From assembly GCA_965178125.1 (NCBI GenBank), contig OZ237736.1, positions 1,364,001 to 1,428,000 of the forward strand: a DNA stretch of 64,000 nt, in the 5' to 3' direction. This stretch comes from Bilabrum cf. latius (Eukaryota). Positions 9,313 to 21,053 of the stretch are shown piece after piece (position 1 is the stretch's first letter; the number at the start of each line of letters is the position of its first letter). A program made the position numbers and the translations under genes. The notes below the pieces were generated by a model, which was not told the DNA's origin, ran no database searches, and saw only the letters and a program-made list of their open reading frames with translations.

Positions 9313-12300
9313 TCACCCCACGCACCTTGGCGAGCCACCCTCTAGCACGACCTTGTAGCCAATGCTGGGGTCCAGAAGCATGGATTGCGACACTACCACA
9401 ATCGCCCGATTCATGGTGCTGCCCACTGCTGTGGCCTAAGAGCGCTTGTTGGAGCTTGCGGTAACTCGTGCTCCGCCTCTGCTGACCCTCGCGTGAAACG
9501 CGGCCGCTCCTTCCGCGCCACGAAGGACCTTCGATGCATGCAACGGGTCCACTACCTGCGCAAGGGCAAGCGACTGCCTTGCTATCTTGGATCGAACCAA
9601 GGGTGCATCTTCCTTGCGCTCCTGCACCGCGTGGCTCGCAGCCGCGTACGCGTCTCGCTTGAAGTCCGTCGCGGACATCCCTCTGGACAGCCCACTCGCG
9701 CCCACAACCTGCTCCAACTCATCTCCATCTTGAAGCCTCACAGACTATGGTCTGCCGCTCTGGTTGAGCACTGCTTTGGCCTGCCCTGCCATCGTCAAGT
9801 GCGCGCGTGCAGAGTGCATGCACCGTTCCCCGACGTCTGGACCAGTCAGCCTCGTATCTTGGGCATCCGGATGCGCCCGTGCAGACGCAGGGGCACCGTG
9901 CGTGATATCCTCACCGAATACGATGCTCCTAAAGTACCGATTCAGCTTGGAGCAGCGCGTAGGCCCGGCCCTGCTCGACTCTGTCACCAGTTCTGCCTGC
10001 CGCAGAGCTCTTCGCAGAGGCAACTCACGGGTATGGCGGACTCGGCCGAGATCAAGCGCTGGCACTGCTCGAGTAGCACGACTCGTGCCAGCGTATGAAT
10101 CGCGAGCAAGTTCATGACTTTTGTCGCGCGTTGCTCTTTGTCTACTCTCATGGGTGCCCATGGGATCGCGCCCTTGACCGCGAAGCGAAGTCGCTGCAAC
10201 TCTGCCTCCACGGTGAATAGAACGCCGCTCAATGTATTCGGCAGCTGTCAAGCCAGCACGCAGCCTGTTCCGAGCTCGCCAGCCTGCCACCGTAGCCCCT
10301 TGCGTTAATACAGGGGATGGTGAGGCCGAGCCCCACGCGCGCATGCCAACATCGTCGGATACATGCTCTTCCTCTCGCAGCACCAATCCTTTGGCCATCT
10401 ATGACGGTGGCTTGAGGATAACTTCGCCGTTGTGTGCCACCCTAGGCGAGCTGTCACCGACTTGCCCGTCCGTTCTGGAAAATGGCATGCTATCATTAGA
10501 AGCACGGTCATCATCTCGCCATTGCAACTGGAAATCTCGCTTGAGGCCTTGGCCGTTCTACTCGCGGCTAGCACCGGGGACTGGCGGGCTTCTGGGTAGG
10601 TCGGACTGGTTTACTGCTAGTGCTGCAGCCTTCTTGTGAGATTGCTCTGCAACCGGTGATCCCTAAGCCTGCTCGTTTCTAGATCTTTTATCGACGGTCG
10701 CACCTCCGCGATCACTTGCAGCGTCGGTGTTGCTGCCGGCACCGAAAGCAGCAGTGTCGTCGCTGCTAGAGCTGCCCGTGTCTGCTCGCTCGGCTGCTTG
10801 TTTGAGATCGTCGCCCTGGCCTAGTGCTGCGCGAAGCCTGCGGAGTGTTTCGATTGATGCCTCTGCAGCAGCAAGCGAAGCACCAGCGCCAGCGCCAGGG
10901 CCCTGCTCTTGCTCCTGCTCGAGGGGATTCTGCTCGCGACCTTCGTGGTTTTGCAGTCGATGCATCATGATGGCGGTGCGCGCTAGAGCCTTGACCACAC
11001 TCATGCGACGCACGCGGGCATCTGGCAGCATCTCTGCCTTGACTCTGGCACGGTCCACACTAGACTGTAAAGTTCCTCCGCCCCGCAAAGAGGCATCAGA
11101 GTATTCTGATTGAGGTGTGAGCATTGACGCCCTCGCTTCGGAACCTGCATGATTCTCTGTACGTGTGTCGCTACGGCTGCTTGGCTTGCACATTCTTGCA
11201 ACTAGCATTGCCCGCTTCATTACCCGCTTGTACTTGGAGCGCAGATCCTCTGACATGTTGCTGCGGTGCGGACCCTGGACATGGATGCCATCGACATGTA
11301 TGCCATCTGAGGGACTCTACCCGGGGCTTGCCTGCACGGAATCCACCCCCGACGCTGCTGGCTCGCTGAGTCTGCGTTCCCGCCACGATCGAAGGACGTC
11401 AGACGCATGCACGCCGGTTCCAAGCCCATCATCATCGCCATCGTCCGCGTCGACTGCGCCGTGGGTCTCCACCAAGACCTCTGCAGCCAGACTCATCCTC
11501 CGATATCTAGTGGGGACTCGCTGCAGTCGGACGCGTAGCTGCTCAACCGATGAATCCTTACGACTCTCACCACCCGCCGCAGAGGTTGGAGTTGAAGGGG
11601 CGGAGCCTTCGACCTGTCCTATCCCTGTCACCGGCTTCTGCATATGATCACTGCGGGCAAGGCCTGCCTCGAGCGGCTCTCGAGCGGCCGGTCCCTCGCG
11701 GCTGGGGGTGGATAGGTTCGTCTCATCCAGTGACTGCGCGACAGCATCGCTGGGTCCAAAGTTTTCGTCGACCGGTTGACTTGCGTACACGGGCACTCCC
11801 TTGACTGGGTCGATGGACCTGCCTGCTTCCCCAAGCGAATCATCGCCAAGAGCAGTCGCACCGCCCTTGGACACGGCCTCAAGGGCACGCGCATGCTATC
11901 TTCTCTCTTCCTCCTGGTCCTTCTCAGCCGAATGCGCAGAGCCCTCGCTGCTGCGGCCCGACTCACTTCCTCGTGACACGGTGGAAGCAACCGACTTTTC
12001 GTCGTAGGTATCGCGTGGACCGGGAGCAATGGCACCGTCCGCGTGCACGCCGCCATCGTCCTGTCCGTCAGTATCCACTGCCACCGCTCCGATCTCGGAG
12101 TCCAGGCGCTCCTTCGCAGACTCTGAAGACAGCAGGGGGTGGCGCTGGCCGTCCATCTCGGAGCCACCAGGGCGAGATGGCGCATCTTCTCCTGCCTCGC
12201 GAGACCACGGCGGCGGCGTACCCTCGGATTGCCGGGGCCGGGCTCGCGCCGTGAGCTGCAGGCGGCGCCGTCTCGACGTTCCGAAACCCGGTCGCCCATT

Positions 12301-13615
12301 CGAGTCCGCTGTCTAAGGCGGGACGGGGCGGCCACTGGCGGTTCGGCTCGGATGTCTCATCGAGGCGGTAGTGCCGAGTGGCTTTGCCGTGGCCTGACCC
12401 ATCGATCTGCCAAGCTGCAACTCGCTACCGACGAGAGCGGCAGCTGATCCCCGGTGTCCGCTGGAAGCCTACGAGCTGCGCGATCTACTGAGTCCCCCGG
12501 GGCCAGCAGCCGTGGTCTCCACAGCTGCCATGGCCCTCTGTAGCATCCGCTCCGCCCTGTTCTTGGCTGCCTGAGACCTACTCAGCCCGCCATTAACCGC
12601 CACAGATGCCCCCCCCCTGCCGCCTTCGCCCCCTCCTTCTCGACCGAACCCAACGGGCAGCCCCGGACGATTCGCAACCTTGAAGTCAAAGCGACCGACG
12701 GTGATCTTCCGCATGAGCTTACGGGCCACCTTGCGAGCCGCAGCGATCGTCCCGAATCCACCCACCGTGGCTCGGCCCGGAACAGCGGTGGAAGACCTAG
12801 ATAACGATGCCGCGCTACCTCTCCTGTCACCACGTGATGCAGCTGTGCTGCTGGTTGTATGCCTCAGGTTCCCCTGGTTGCCCCGTGTCCCAGTCGTGGT
12901 CTTAGCCGTGCTCCGCGGGCCACTGGATTTCAGTGCCTTGATCGTGTTGACTAAGAAGGCCACGTATTGCCGCTTGCTGATCCCCTTGGTCCACACGTCG
13001 ACCAGGGCGAAGATGGCATCTGCAAATTCCATCCAGCCGAGGGGCCCGCCGCTGCGGCGAGCGCTGTCGCGCTGCCAGTCTTCCGTCTCTAGCTTCTCAC
13101 GCTCAGTCGCCGATATTCTTGGGAGCATGTGATGGATGATACGCCGATGAAACTGCAAACAATACAGGAAAATGTGACTAGAATCTGCTTCATGAACACG
13201 GGGGAAGTCATATTCTATGCAATCAGTGCTAGTGTCTCACATTCGCATATGACTCTCTGCTGACACGACCGTCTTCATCACAGAAGTCAACGTACAGATC
13301 ATACAATAGCTACTGGACTACTTTGTCCTTCCGTAGGTGCTCTCGTCGACGCAGTGCATCTAGCGAATAGAAGTTCATGTTGGCGTCTACGCCTTCCAGC
13401 GCAACCTTTTTCAGTGCAGCCTTCCGTACAGCTTCACGTCGCTCCACACGAGCACTCAAGTTATCACCCCACTGTCCTCCAGCCCTTTTTGCCATGACCA
13501 GACTGGCAGCAAAGGACTCCACTTTCTCTCGTCCGTGCTGCAGTACCCACGGCTTTCTGGTCCCCACAGACTGAGCCAAACCTGAGTCTCCAAAGCTTGA
13601 GTGCCTCCAGCTCAT
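9313..13615 (-). CDS. Hypothetical protein of about 1400 aa with an N-terminal EF-hand-like region and a long low-complexity tail; exons 13241-13615 and 9313-13152
   Basis: ORF-track pieces 13310-13615, 12469-13158, 11896-12156, 11317-11874, 10663-11256, 9745-10398 and 9436-9741 join through about 10 TAG codons and one GT-AG intron (13153-13240). Contains DFCDEDGRVSRESY and EFADAIFALVDVWT. Ends at TGA. Confidence 0.7.
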
Positions 13616-13814
13616 GGTTTAACGCACAATTATTTTATATATAGAATATACCGCAGTGCATTCGATAAACCTCCGGTTCTTGTCGTACGACTCTAGAGTT
13701 TCCGTTCCACCCGTGGATTCGTAGCGAACCTGATCGAACCTTTCAAGTTTTCACCATGCGGCCTTCCCAGCGGATTTTGAGGGCACCCTGGGTGACAACC
13801 GCAATGTTACGGCC

Positions 13815-15446
13815 ATGGAAGTAGTGAAAATGGTCGAATTGAGTGTAAACCAGTATGTTACACTTGCAATCCTCCTTGCGCAGAACGTTATGGTGTACTT
13901 GTTATTGCATGCGGCCCACGAAGAGCCCAATGCTGATCAATGGAGCAGACTGTCCTGCATAATTCTGCAGGAGTTTGGCAAAATTATTGTGTGCTTGATT
14001 GTTTTGTGGAAGGATCACGGATGGAGTGCAGCAAGACTGCTCGGCACCGTCGTTCGTCTATGCTCAGCGGAAGCAGCCGAAACGATTCAGCTTGCTATTC
14101 CAGGGATACTGTACGCGGTATCAAATCTTGTGTTGTACTATGGTATCGAATATCTAGGTGCGCCAGTGGCTCAAACTCTGGGCCAACTGAAGATCTTGGT
14201 TACAGCGGCCCTTGCGTCCGCCATCCTGCAACAGAGATTTTCTAGCATGCAGATTGGCAGCCTTGTTGGCTTGGCGGTAGGCGCTGGCATGGTAACTGCT
14301 GGGGATCATGTGTCCAATTGGCTGCGTGCTGCGCAACAGGCTGAGCGCGATGCGTTCATGGGCGATGAAGCTGCTTCCATTGGATCCGCAGGCGACCAGG
14401 CCGGCGAGTCGCTTGGGGTGGCAGCGGTGCTTTTGAATTGCCTGTGCGGAGGTCTGGCTAGCATCTACTTCGAGTATATCTTAAAACGCCCGAACAGGCT
14501 CGCTAGAACGCTTGATTCACGCCCTCACATCGGCAAGGTTGCAGGCGGACACAATCAAGTTCAGCCGACTTCGCCACCGCGAACAACAGACACCGAGATG
14601 GGAATCCGGGGAGAACCAGTCGCGCCCACGGGGAGCAACAGCAAAGAAACCCCTGAGGAATCTCCGGCAGGCGCGGCCTCTCCGTCCAGGGTGTATGCAG
14701 GCCGAGCAGCCGAGTCGGACTCCTCCGAGGCCTCCGGACAAGAGGGCCAGGGCCAGGGCTGTGAGGTGATTTAGGCGGAGCCGCAGACCTAGGACAGGAG
14801 ACGGGTCCCCCGCAGGCCCCCGGCAGCCAGTGATTACGGCAATGGCAGCGATTTTGCGCCGGACCTTGGGGAGGAGGAGGCGCGAGAGAACTGCGCAGGA
14901 GTGGAGGAGGGGAACAGCGGAGTTTTGTCTCGTTCGATCCACGCAGTCGCTGCCACTACCAGCGACAGGAGCACGGCTGCCAAGGGTGCTAGGGTGAAGG
15001 GAGATAAGGGAGACAGGGTAACCGTCTCTGTATGGACGCGCAACCTGCAGATGTCTGCATGGGGCCTCTGCTTCGCCTGCTGCACCGGGGCGCTGCAGAG
15101 GGACTTCAGGAGCCGGCTGCTCGACCCAGCTCGCGGGGTCACGTTTGGGTTCACGCCGACCGTGTGGGCAGCTGTGACCAATCAGGTGCTCGGCGGCATC
15201 GTGGTCGCGCTCGTGATCCGGCAGACGTCTAACGTTGCGAAGAACTTCGTCACTTCGGTGGCTATCGTGGTGAATGCGGGGGCTAGCTACTTGGTGTGGG
15301 GCGACAGGCTGTCGATTTGGTTTGCTCTGGGGGCTGGATTAGTAAGCGTGTCGACGGTCGGGTATGCTGTCGGGAGTCCTTAGGCTGGCAGGGACGGAGA
15401 CAAGGAGGTTCTGCGTACAACCAGCAGGGGAATGGCTGTATCATGA
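13815..15446 (+). CDS. SLC35A-type nucleotide-sugar transporter with a large low-complexity insertion
   Basis: IPGILYAVSN, QLKILVTA, GLASIYFEYILK, SVWTRNLQMS and GGIVVALVIRQTSNVAKNF. TAG at 14772, about 14790 and 15381 read through. Ends at TGA 15444-15446. Confidence 0.9.
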
Positions 15447-15788
15447 CCCAGCTGCAGACTGGAATACACCTGACTTGTAGATTAACCGTGTGGCATGCCA
15501 GCGGAGACTGTCGCCTGGTAGTAGCAGGCCATTTGGGTTCCTCCCAGTGCTCGTTGATCCCGAATCGGATTCCCGATATCGGAGAGGAGAGGCAGCAGAT
15601 CATGCTATCCAAGCAATCATCGTGTACCACGCAATCAGATTCATCGAGAACAGCCAAATATTCTGTGGCTGACGCTGACGTGGCTTAAGCTGGCCGAAAC
15701 AGGCGCCGCTGGCATGCACAGGCTGCCGTTGCCCAACTTGAAGCCGCTGCCTCTGCACCTGCGAGAGAGCCACACCTCAGTACAGACC

Positions 15789-16356
15789 TCAGTACAGAGA
15801 GAGCTTCACGTCGACGCAGAACGCCTTCGATCCGTCCGTTGCAGTGGCATCCATTTTCACTTCGAAGTCTCCAGGGGGACAGTAGTCTGGTACCGCGATC
15901 GTCATGTTGACAAGCTGCGAGCTGCTTGCTCCTGCTGGACAAGCCAAGCCGTGCAAGTACGCGTTGCCGGCACCGAACGGCAGTGGAATCACCGATGACC
16001 CGCAGGCCGGACCATTGTAGTCAAACACATCACCTCCATCGTACAAGGCATGCAGAGCGTACGTCGCGTTCGGGATGGCCGTACCAACGCTGCCCCGGCC
16101 AAGAACGTTGATCGTTTGGCCAATCTGGGGCTTGTTTGGAATAATCTGCAACTACGAGAACCGTAGCCCGTAGCTGGAGTCCCCACAATCAACAATCTGC
16201 AGCAGAGAGTTTAGAAGTAAGACGGACAGGCTACAAAACAATCAGAAACACACACAAGTCACAAGAGAGTTGCTGCTACGATCTTACGGAGTCGTCGGCT
16301 GTAACGGACGAAACGCAGGCGATCACACACAATGCAGTTACGAGCACACTTAGCAT
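15789..16356 (-). CDS. Secreted ML (MD-2/NPC2-like) lipid-recognition domain protein, 2 exons
   Basis: Signal peptide MLSVLVTALCVIACVSS, then DCG.., ACG..LPFGAG..GLACP..PPGDFEVKM..FCVDV. One in-frame TAG at 16152-16154. Ends at TGA. Confidence 0.75.
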
Positions 16357-16594
16357 GACTTCGAAGAGGTCTTCTTGTTCAAGCTTGTGGCACAAGGAGG
16401 CTGTTCTGGCAAAGATCGCAAGATTGTGCTCCGATCGGATTTGAGGCATAATGATATGTCGCTTTGAGCGCGGCTTGACGACATCCTTACTTGGCCTTAA
16501 TCGGCTCTTGAACTGTGTAACCACTCTGATGATACCCATTGACTACTTTGTCATACGATTGCTGTAATTTTTTTGTCGTTTAAGTCGAGGGGGC

Positions 16595-19500
16595 ATGCAA
16601 AGTGAACACCAAGTCATGGCCGAAGTATCTGAGCAACTATCACAAGACTTGAATAACAAAAGAGTAATGCCCCCGCATGCAACGTTCAAGCAATTTACCA
16701 AGAAGGATGCTGCCGACGGGAATGGTCAAGCAAAAGTCCGTGGTGAGGATGGGGATGAGGACTGGGGCGCGTTCGACGATGCTAGCGCCGAGGGAGCCTC
16801 AGTCGATGAGGGCGGGGCGGTAGACTCTGGCTCGGGAGGCAGCGTTGATGGCGGTGCAGGGTCCATGAGCGGGGGCCGTGCAGGAGATGGCGTGGTTGAA
16901 GACGGCGGGGATGGGGATGGGGATGGGGATGGGGATGAGGATGGGGATGGGGATGAGGACTGGGGCGCGTTCGACGATGCGGGCGAGGAGGAGGACGGGC
17001 AGGATGGGCAGGATGGGCAGGATGGGCAAGATGGCAAGGCGGCTGTGGGAGTGGTTGAGGGGGAGGGCGTGGCGAGCCAGCCGGACGGGACTGAGGGTGC
17101 GGCTGTTGCGGCGCCAGCGGACGATGCATCTGGTCGTGGTCGTGGTTCTGTTTCCGAGACAGGGCCAGGGTCAGGCGCCGAGGTAGCCTCAGTCGATGAG
17201 GGCGGGGCGGTAGATTCTGGCTCGGGAGGGAGCGTTGATGGCGGTGCAGGGTCCATGAGTGGGGGCCGTGCAGGAGATGGCGTGGTTGAAGACGGCGGGG
17301 ATGGGGATGGGGATGGGGATGGGGATGGGGATGGGGATGGGGATGGGGATGAGGACTGGGGCGCGTTCGACGATGCGGGCGAGGAGGAGGACGGGCAGGA
17401 TGGGCAGGATGGGCAGGATGGGCAAGATGGCAAGGCGGCTGTGGGAGTGGTTGAGGGGGAGGGCGTGGCGAGCCAGCCGGACGGGACTGAGGGTGCGGCT
17501 GTTGCGGCGCCAGCGGACGATGCATCTGGTCGTGGTCGTGGTTCTGTTTCCGAGACAGGGCCAGGGTCAGGCGCCGAGGTAGCCTCAGTCGATGAGGGCG
17601 GGGCGGTAGATTCTGGCTCGGGAGGGAGCGTTGATGGCGGTGCAGGGTCCATGAGTGGGGCCCGTGCAGGAGATGGCGTGGTTGAAGACGGCGGAGATGG
17701 GGATGGGGATGAGGATGGGGATGGGGATGGGGATGGGGATGGGGATGAGGACTGGGGCGCGTTCGACGATGCGGGCGAGGAGGAGGACGGGCAGGATGGG
17801 CAGGATGGGCAGGATGGCAAGGCGGCTGTGGGAGTGGTTGAGGGGGAGGGCGTGGCGAGCCAGCCGGACGGGACTGAGGGTGCGGCTGTTGCGGCGCCAG
17901 CGGACGATGCATCTGGTCGTGGTCGTGGTTCTGTTTCCGAGACAGGGCCAGGGTCAGGCGCCGAGGTAGCCTCAGTCGATGAGGGCGGGGCGGTAGATTC
18001 TGGCTCGGGAGGGAGCGTTGATGGCGGTGCAGGGTCCATGAGTGGGGGCCGTGCAGGAGATGGCGTGGTTGAAGACGGCGGAGATGGGGATGGGGATGAG
18101 GATGGGGATGGGGATGGGGATGGGGATGGGGATGGGGATGAGGACTGGGGCGCGTTCGACGATGCGGGCGAGGAGGAGGACGGGCAGGATGGGCAGGATG
18201 GGCAGGATGGCAAGGCGGCTGTGGGAGTGGTTGAGGGGGAGGGCGTGGCGAGCCAGCCGGACGGGACTGAGGGTGCGGCTGTTGCGGCGCCAGCGGACGA
18301 TGCATCTGGTCGTGGTCGTGGTTCTGTTTCCGAGACAGGGCCAGGGTCAGGCGCCGAGGTAGCCTCAGTCGATGAGGGCGGGGCGGTAGATTCTGGCTCG
18401 GGAGGGAGCGTTGATGGCGGTGCAGGGTCCATGAGTGGGGGCCGTGCAGGAGATGGCGTGGTTGAAGACGGCGGAGATGGGGATGGGGATGGGGATGGGG
18501 ATGGGGATGGGGATGAGGACTGGGGCGCGTTCGACGATGCGGGCGAGGAGGAGGACGGGCAGGATGGGCAGGATGGGCAGGATGGGCAGGATGGGCAGGA
18601 TGGCAAGGCGGCCGTGGGAGTGGTTGAGGGGGAGGGCGTGGCGAGCCAGCCGGGCGGGACTGAGGGTCGTGGTTCTGTTTCCGAGACAGGGCCAGGGTCA
18701 GGCGCCGAGGTAGCCTCAGTCGATGAGGGCGGGGCGGTAGCTTCTGGCTCGGGAGGGAGCGTTGATGGCGGTGCAGGGTCCATGAGTGGGGCCCGTGCAG
18801 GAGATGGCGTGGTTGAAGACGGCGGGGATGGGGATGGGGATGGGGATGGGGATGGGGATGGGGATGGGGATGGGGATGGGGATGGGGATGGGGATGGGGA
18901 TGGGGATGAGGACTGGGGCGCGTTCGACGATGCGGGCGAGGAGGAGGAGGGGCCGGATGGGCAGGACGGCAAGGCGACTGTGGGAGTGGTTGAGGGGGAG
19001 GGCGTGGCGAGCCAGCCGGACGGGACTGAGGGTCGTGGTCGTGGTTCTGTTTCTGAAACAGGGCCAGGGTCAGGCGCCGAGGTAGCCTCAGGAGGAGATG
19101 AGGGCGGGGCGGTAGATTCTGGCTCGGGAGGGAGCGTTGATGGCGGTGCAGGGTCCATGAGTGGGGGCCGTGCGGGAGAGGGCGCGGTTGAAGACGGCGG
19201 AGATGGGGATGGGGATGGGGATGAGGACTGGGGCGCGTTCGACGATGCGGGCGAGGAGGAGGAGGGGCCGGATGGGCAGGACGGCAAGGCGGCTGTGGGA
19301 GTGGTTGAGGGGGAGGGCGTGGCGAGCCAGCCGGACGGGACAGGTGCCACAGACAAGGCTGCGAGCAGTTTTCTAGCTGCAGTGTTCGGGGCTGAGCCAC
19401 GCGCTGGCCCAAAACGCACGGCTGTGGGGTTAGACCAAAGCCAAGGCGGTGATGCTTTAAAACCAGACTCGAGCAATGAGCAGTGGTAGAAGCAGTGCTC

Positions 19501-20917
19501 GGCCGCAGCTCTCAGAATGGCAAGCGGCATGCTGACTACGTCGCGCAGTCGTGTTGTTGCAAGGAAGAGGGCAGCCAGAGACGCAGTGATCAGGTAGCTC
19601 GCGATCCACCTGTGGGCATCGTCCTGGGGGTGGAGCCCGCATGACCCCGTGCAGAACGCTCTGGATGCAGACGGTGAACTGGCACTCTTCCGACCCAACG
19701 AGCTGGGAGTCACCGCCCTAGATGCGCCGCTTGCTGCAGCCGACCCAGCGGTCGTGCGGCGAAAGTTGCAGGCTAAGGCTGATGCCAGGAGACGCAGTCG
19801 CAAGCGGAAGAGAGCAAACGCACGGGCTCGCCGCAGCCATGAACCGAATGGATCGGTGCAGGCCCCAGCAGGCCGTGCTGCTGGGCCACCCGCCCTGCCA
19901 GTCAGGAGCTCTCTCTCTTGTTTCCTAGGCAAGTCAGCACGTGGTAGGAAGGATGGAGCACGAAATGAAGGGGCATCACCCGCTGAACAGGTTAAGACGA
20001 CGAAGCCCCATGACCCCGCTGCTGCCAGTGGCGGCATAGTTGATCCAACTTCCCGTGAGTAGAAGGACAGTATTGCGTTGCGCAAGCACAGCAATGCTGA
20101 CGCGAGCAGTTCGCGAGCGGTGCGCAGCAGCGGGGCAGTAGCAGCAGCTAGTGTGGGTGTTGGTGTCGCAGGCGAGGGCGACCAAGCAGCAAGCGCACCT
20201 ACATCGAGCAGCAAGGTCGAGGTGGAGGCGCGAGGCACTGCGGGTGCTCCGGCCGTGGGTGCTGACTAGGCTGCAGGTTAGACCGACGAAGTTGAGGACG
20301 AGGGCGAGAAGGAGGGCGAGGACGAGGGCGAGGACTGGGCCGATTTCGAGGACGCCGATCCGGAGGAAGAGTCGTCGAGTCATGCTGCGGTGGCTACAGG
20401 CCAGCATGGCGGCAGCGAGTCGCTACCTGCCACTAGCGGTGCAGGTGGGGCTGCAGAGGTATCTACCAGCGGAGGCAAGAGCCCTGGGAGTAGCCCTAGC
20501 CCCCCAAGCACGGACTTTGGAGATATCTTTGATGCTCTCGATGGCGGCATGCTCGGCGATGCAGGTGCGCGGGAAGCGGAAGATGTCGAGCAGGCAATCG
20601 GCGGAGGGCTGCGTGGCGCATTCGCTGCGAATGCGGCTGGTAGTAGCAGTAGCGCAAAGTCTGATGAATCAGTAGAACTGTCGGGCAGCCTGGGCGATCC
20701 GGGCATGGCCGAGCGTTTGCTTGCAGTGTTGCAGCCGGTCCAAAGTGGAGCTGCTGCTGGCTCGAAACCATCGCTGGATTCGGTCGGGGGGGATGCCAGT
20801 GCTGCTCTGGCTGCTCTGCAGGCATCCGCGAGGGCGTGCCCAGCCGCAGCTGCGGACCAGGTAGCCGATGAAATGGCGGCCATGCTTGGGCTCTTGACTG
20901 GCTCCGCGGAGGACTGA
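16595..20917 (+). CDS. Acidic repeat protein with multiple WxxF/DFGxx adaptin-ear-binding-like motifs (aftiphilin/synergin-like architecture)
   Basis: ORFs 16595-19489, 19649-20062, 20078-20269 and 20390-20917 are one frame joined by 5 TAGs. Has 8x DEDWGAFDDA plus EDWADFEDAD and TDFGDIF. Ends at TGA. Confidence 0.65.
16750..19340 (+). repeat. Coding tandem repeat, unit about 350-400 bp, about 7 copies, with nested (GGGGAT)n and (GGGCAGGAT)n microsatellites
   Basis: Near-identical units differ mainly in (GD)n and (GQD)n copy number and in in-frame deletions. Confidence 0.95.
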
Positions 20918-21053
20918 ACCCAGGTTTCAATATCATCCTGACGCTTCCACCCTTTCGTTGATGAACAGCTGTTGCTCTGGGTAGTACAGTGCAGTGCAAC
21001 CAAGTGTAGGCTGAGCCAAAGTTCAACAAAGCCCCGTCAAATATTTGTTCACG

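Noticed and set aside
16726-20238. Long antisense or alternative-frame ORFs (e.g. 16726-20238, 16782-19412, 22679-24004, 42878-44611)
   Set aside because: Shadows of GC-rich or repetitive coding sequence on the opposite strand, with no independent motifs.
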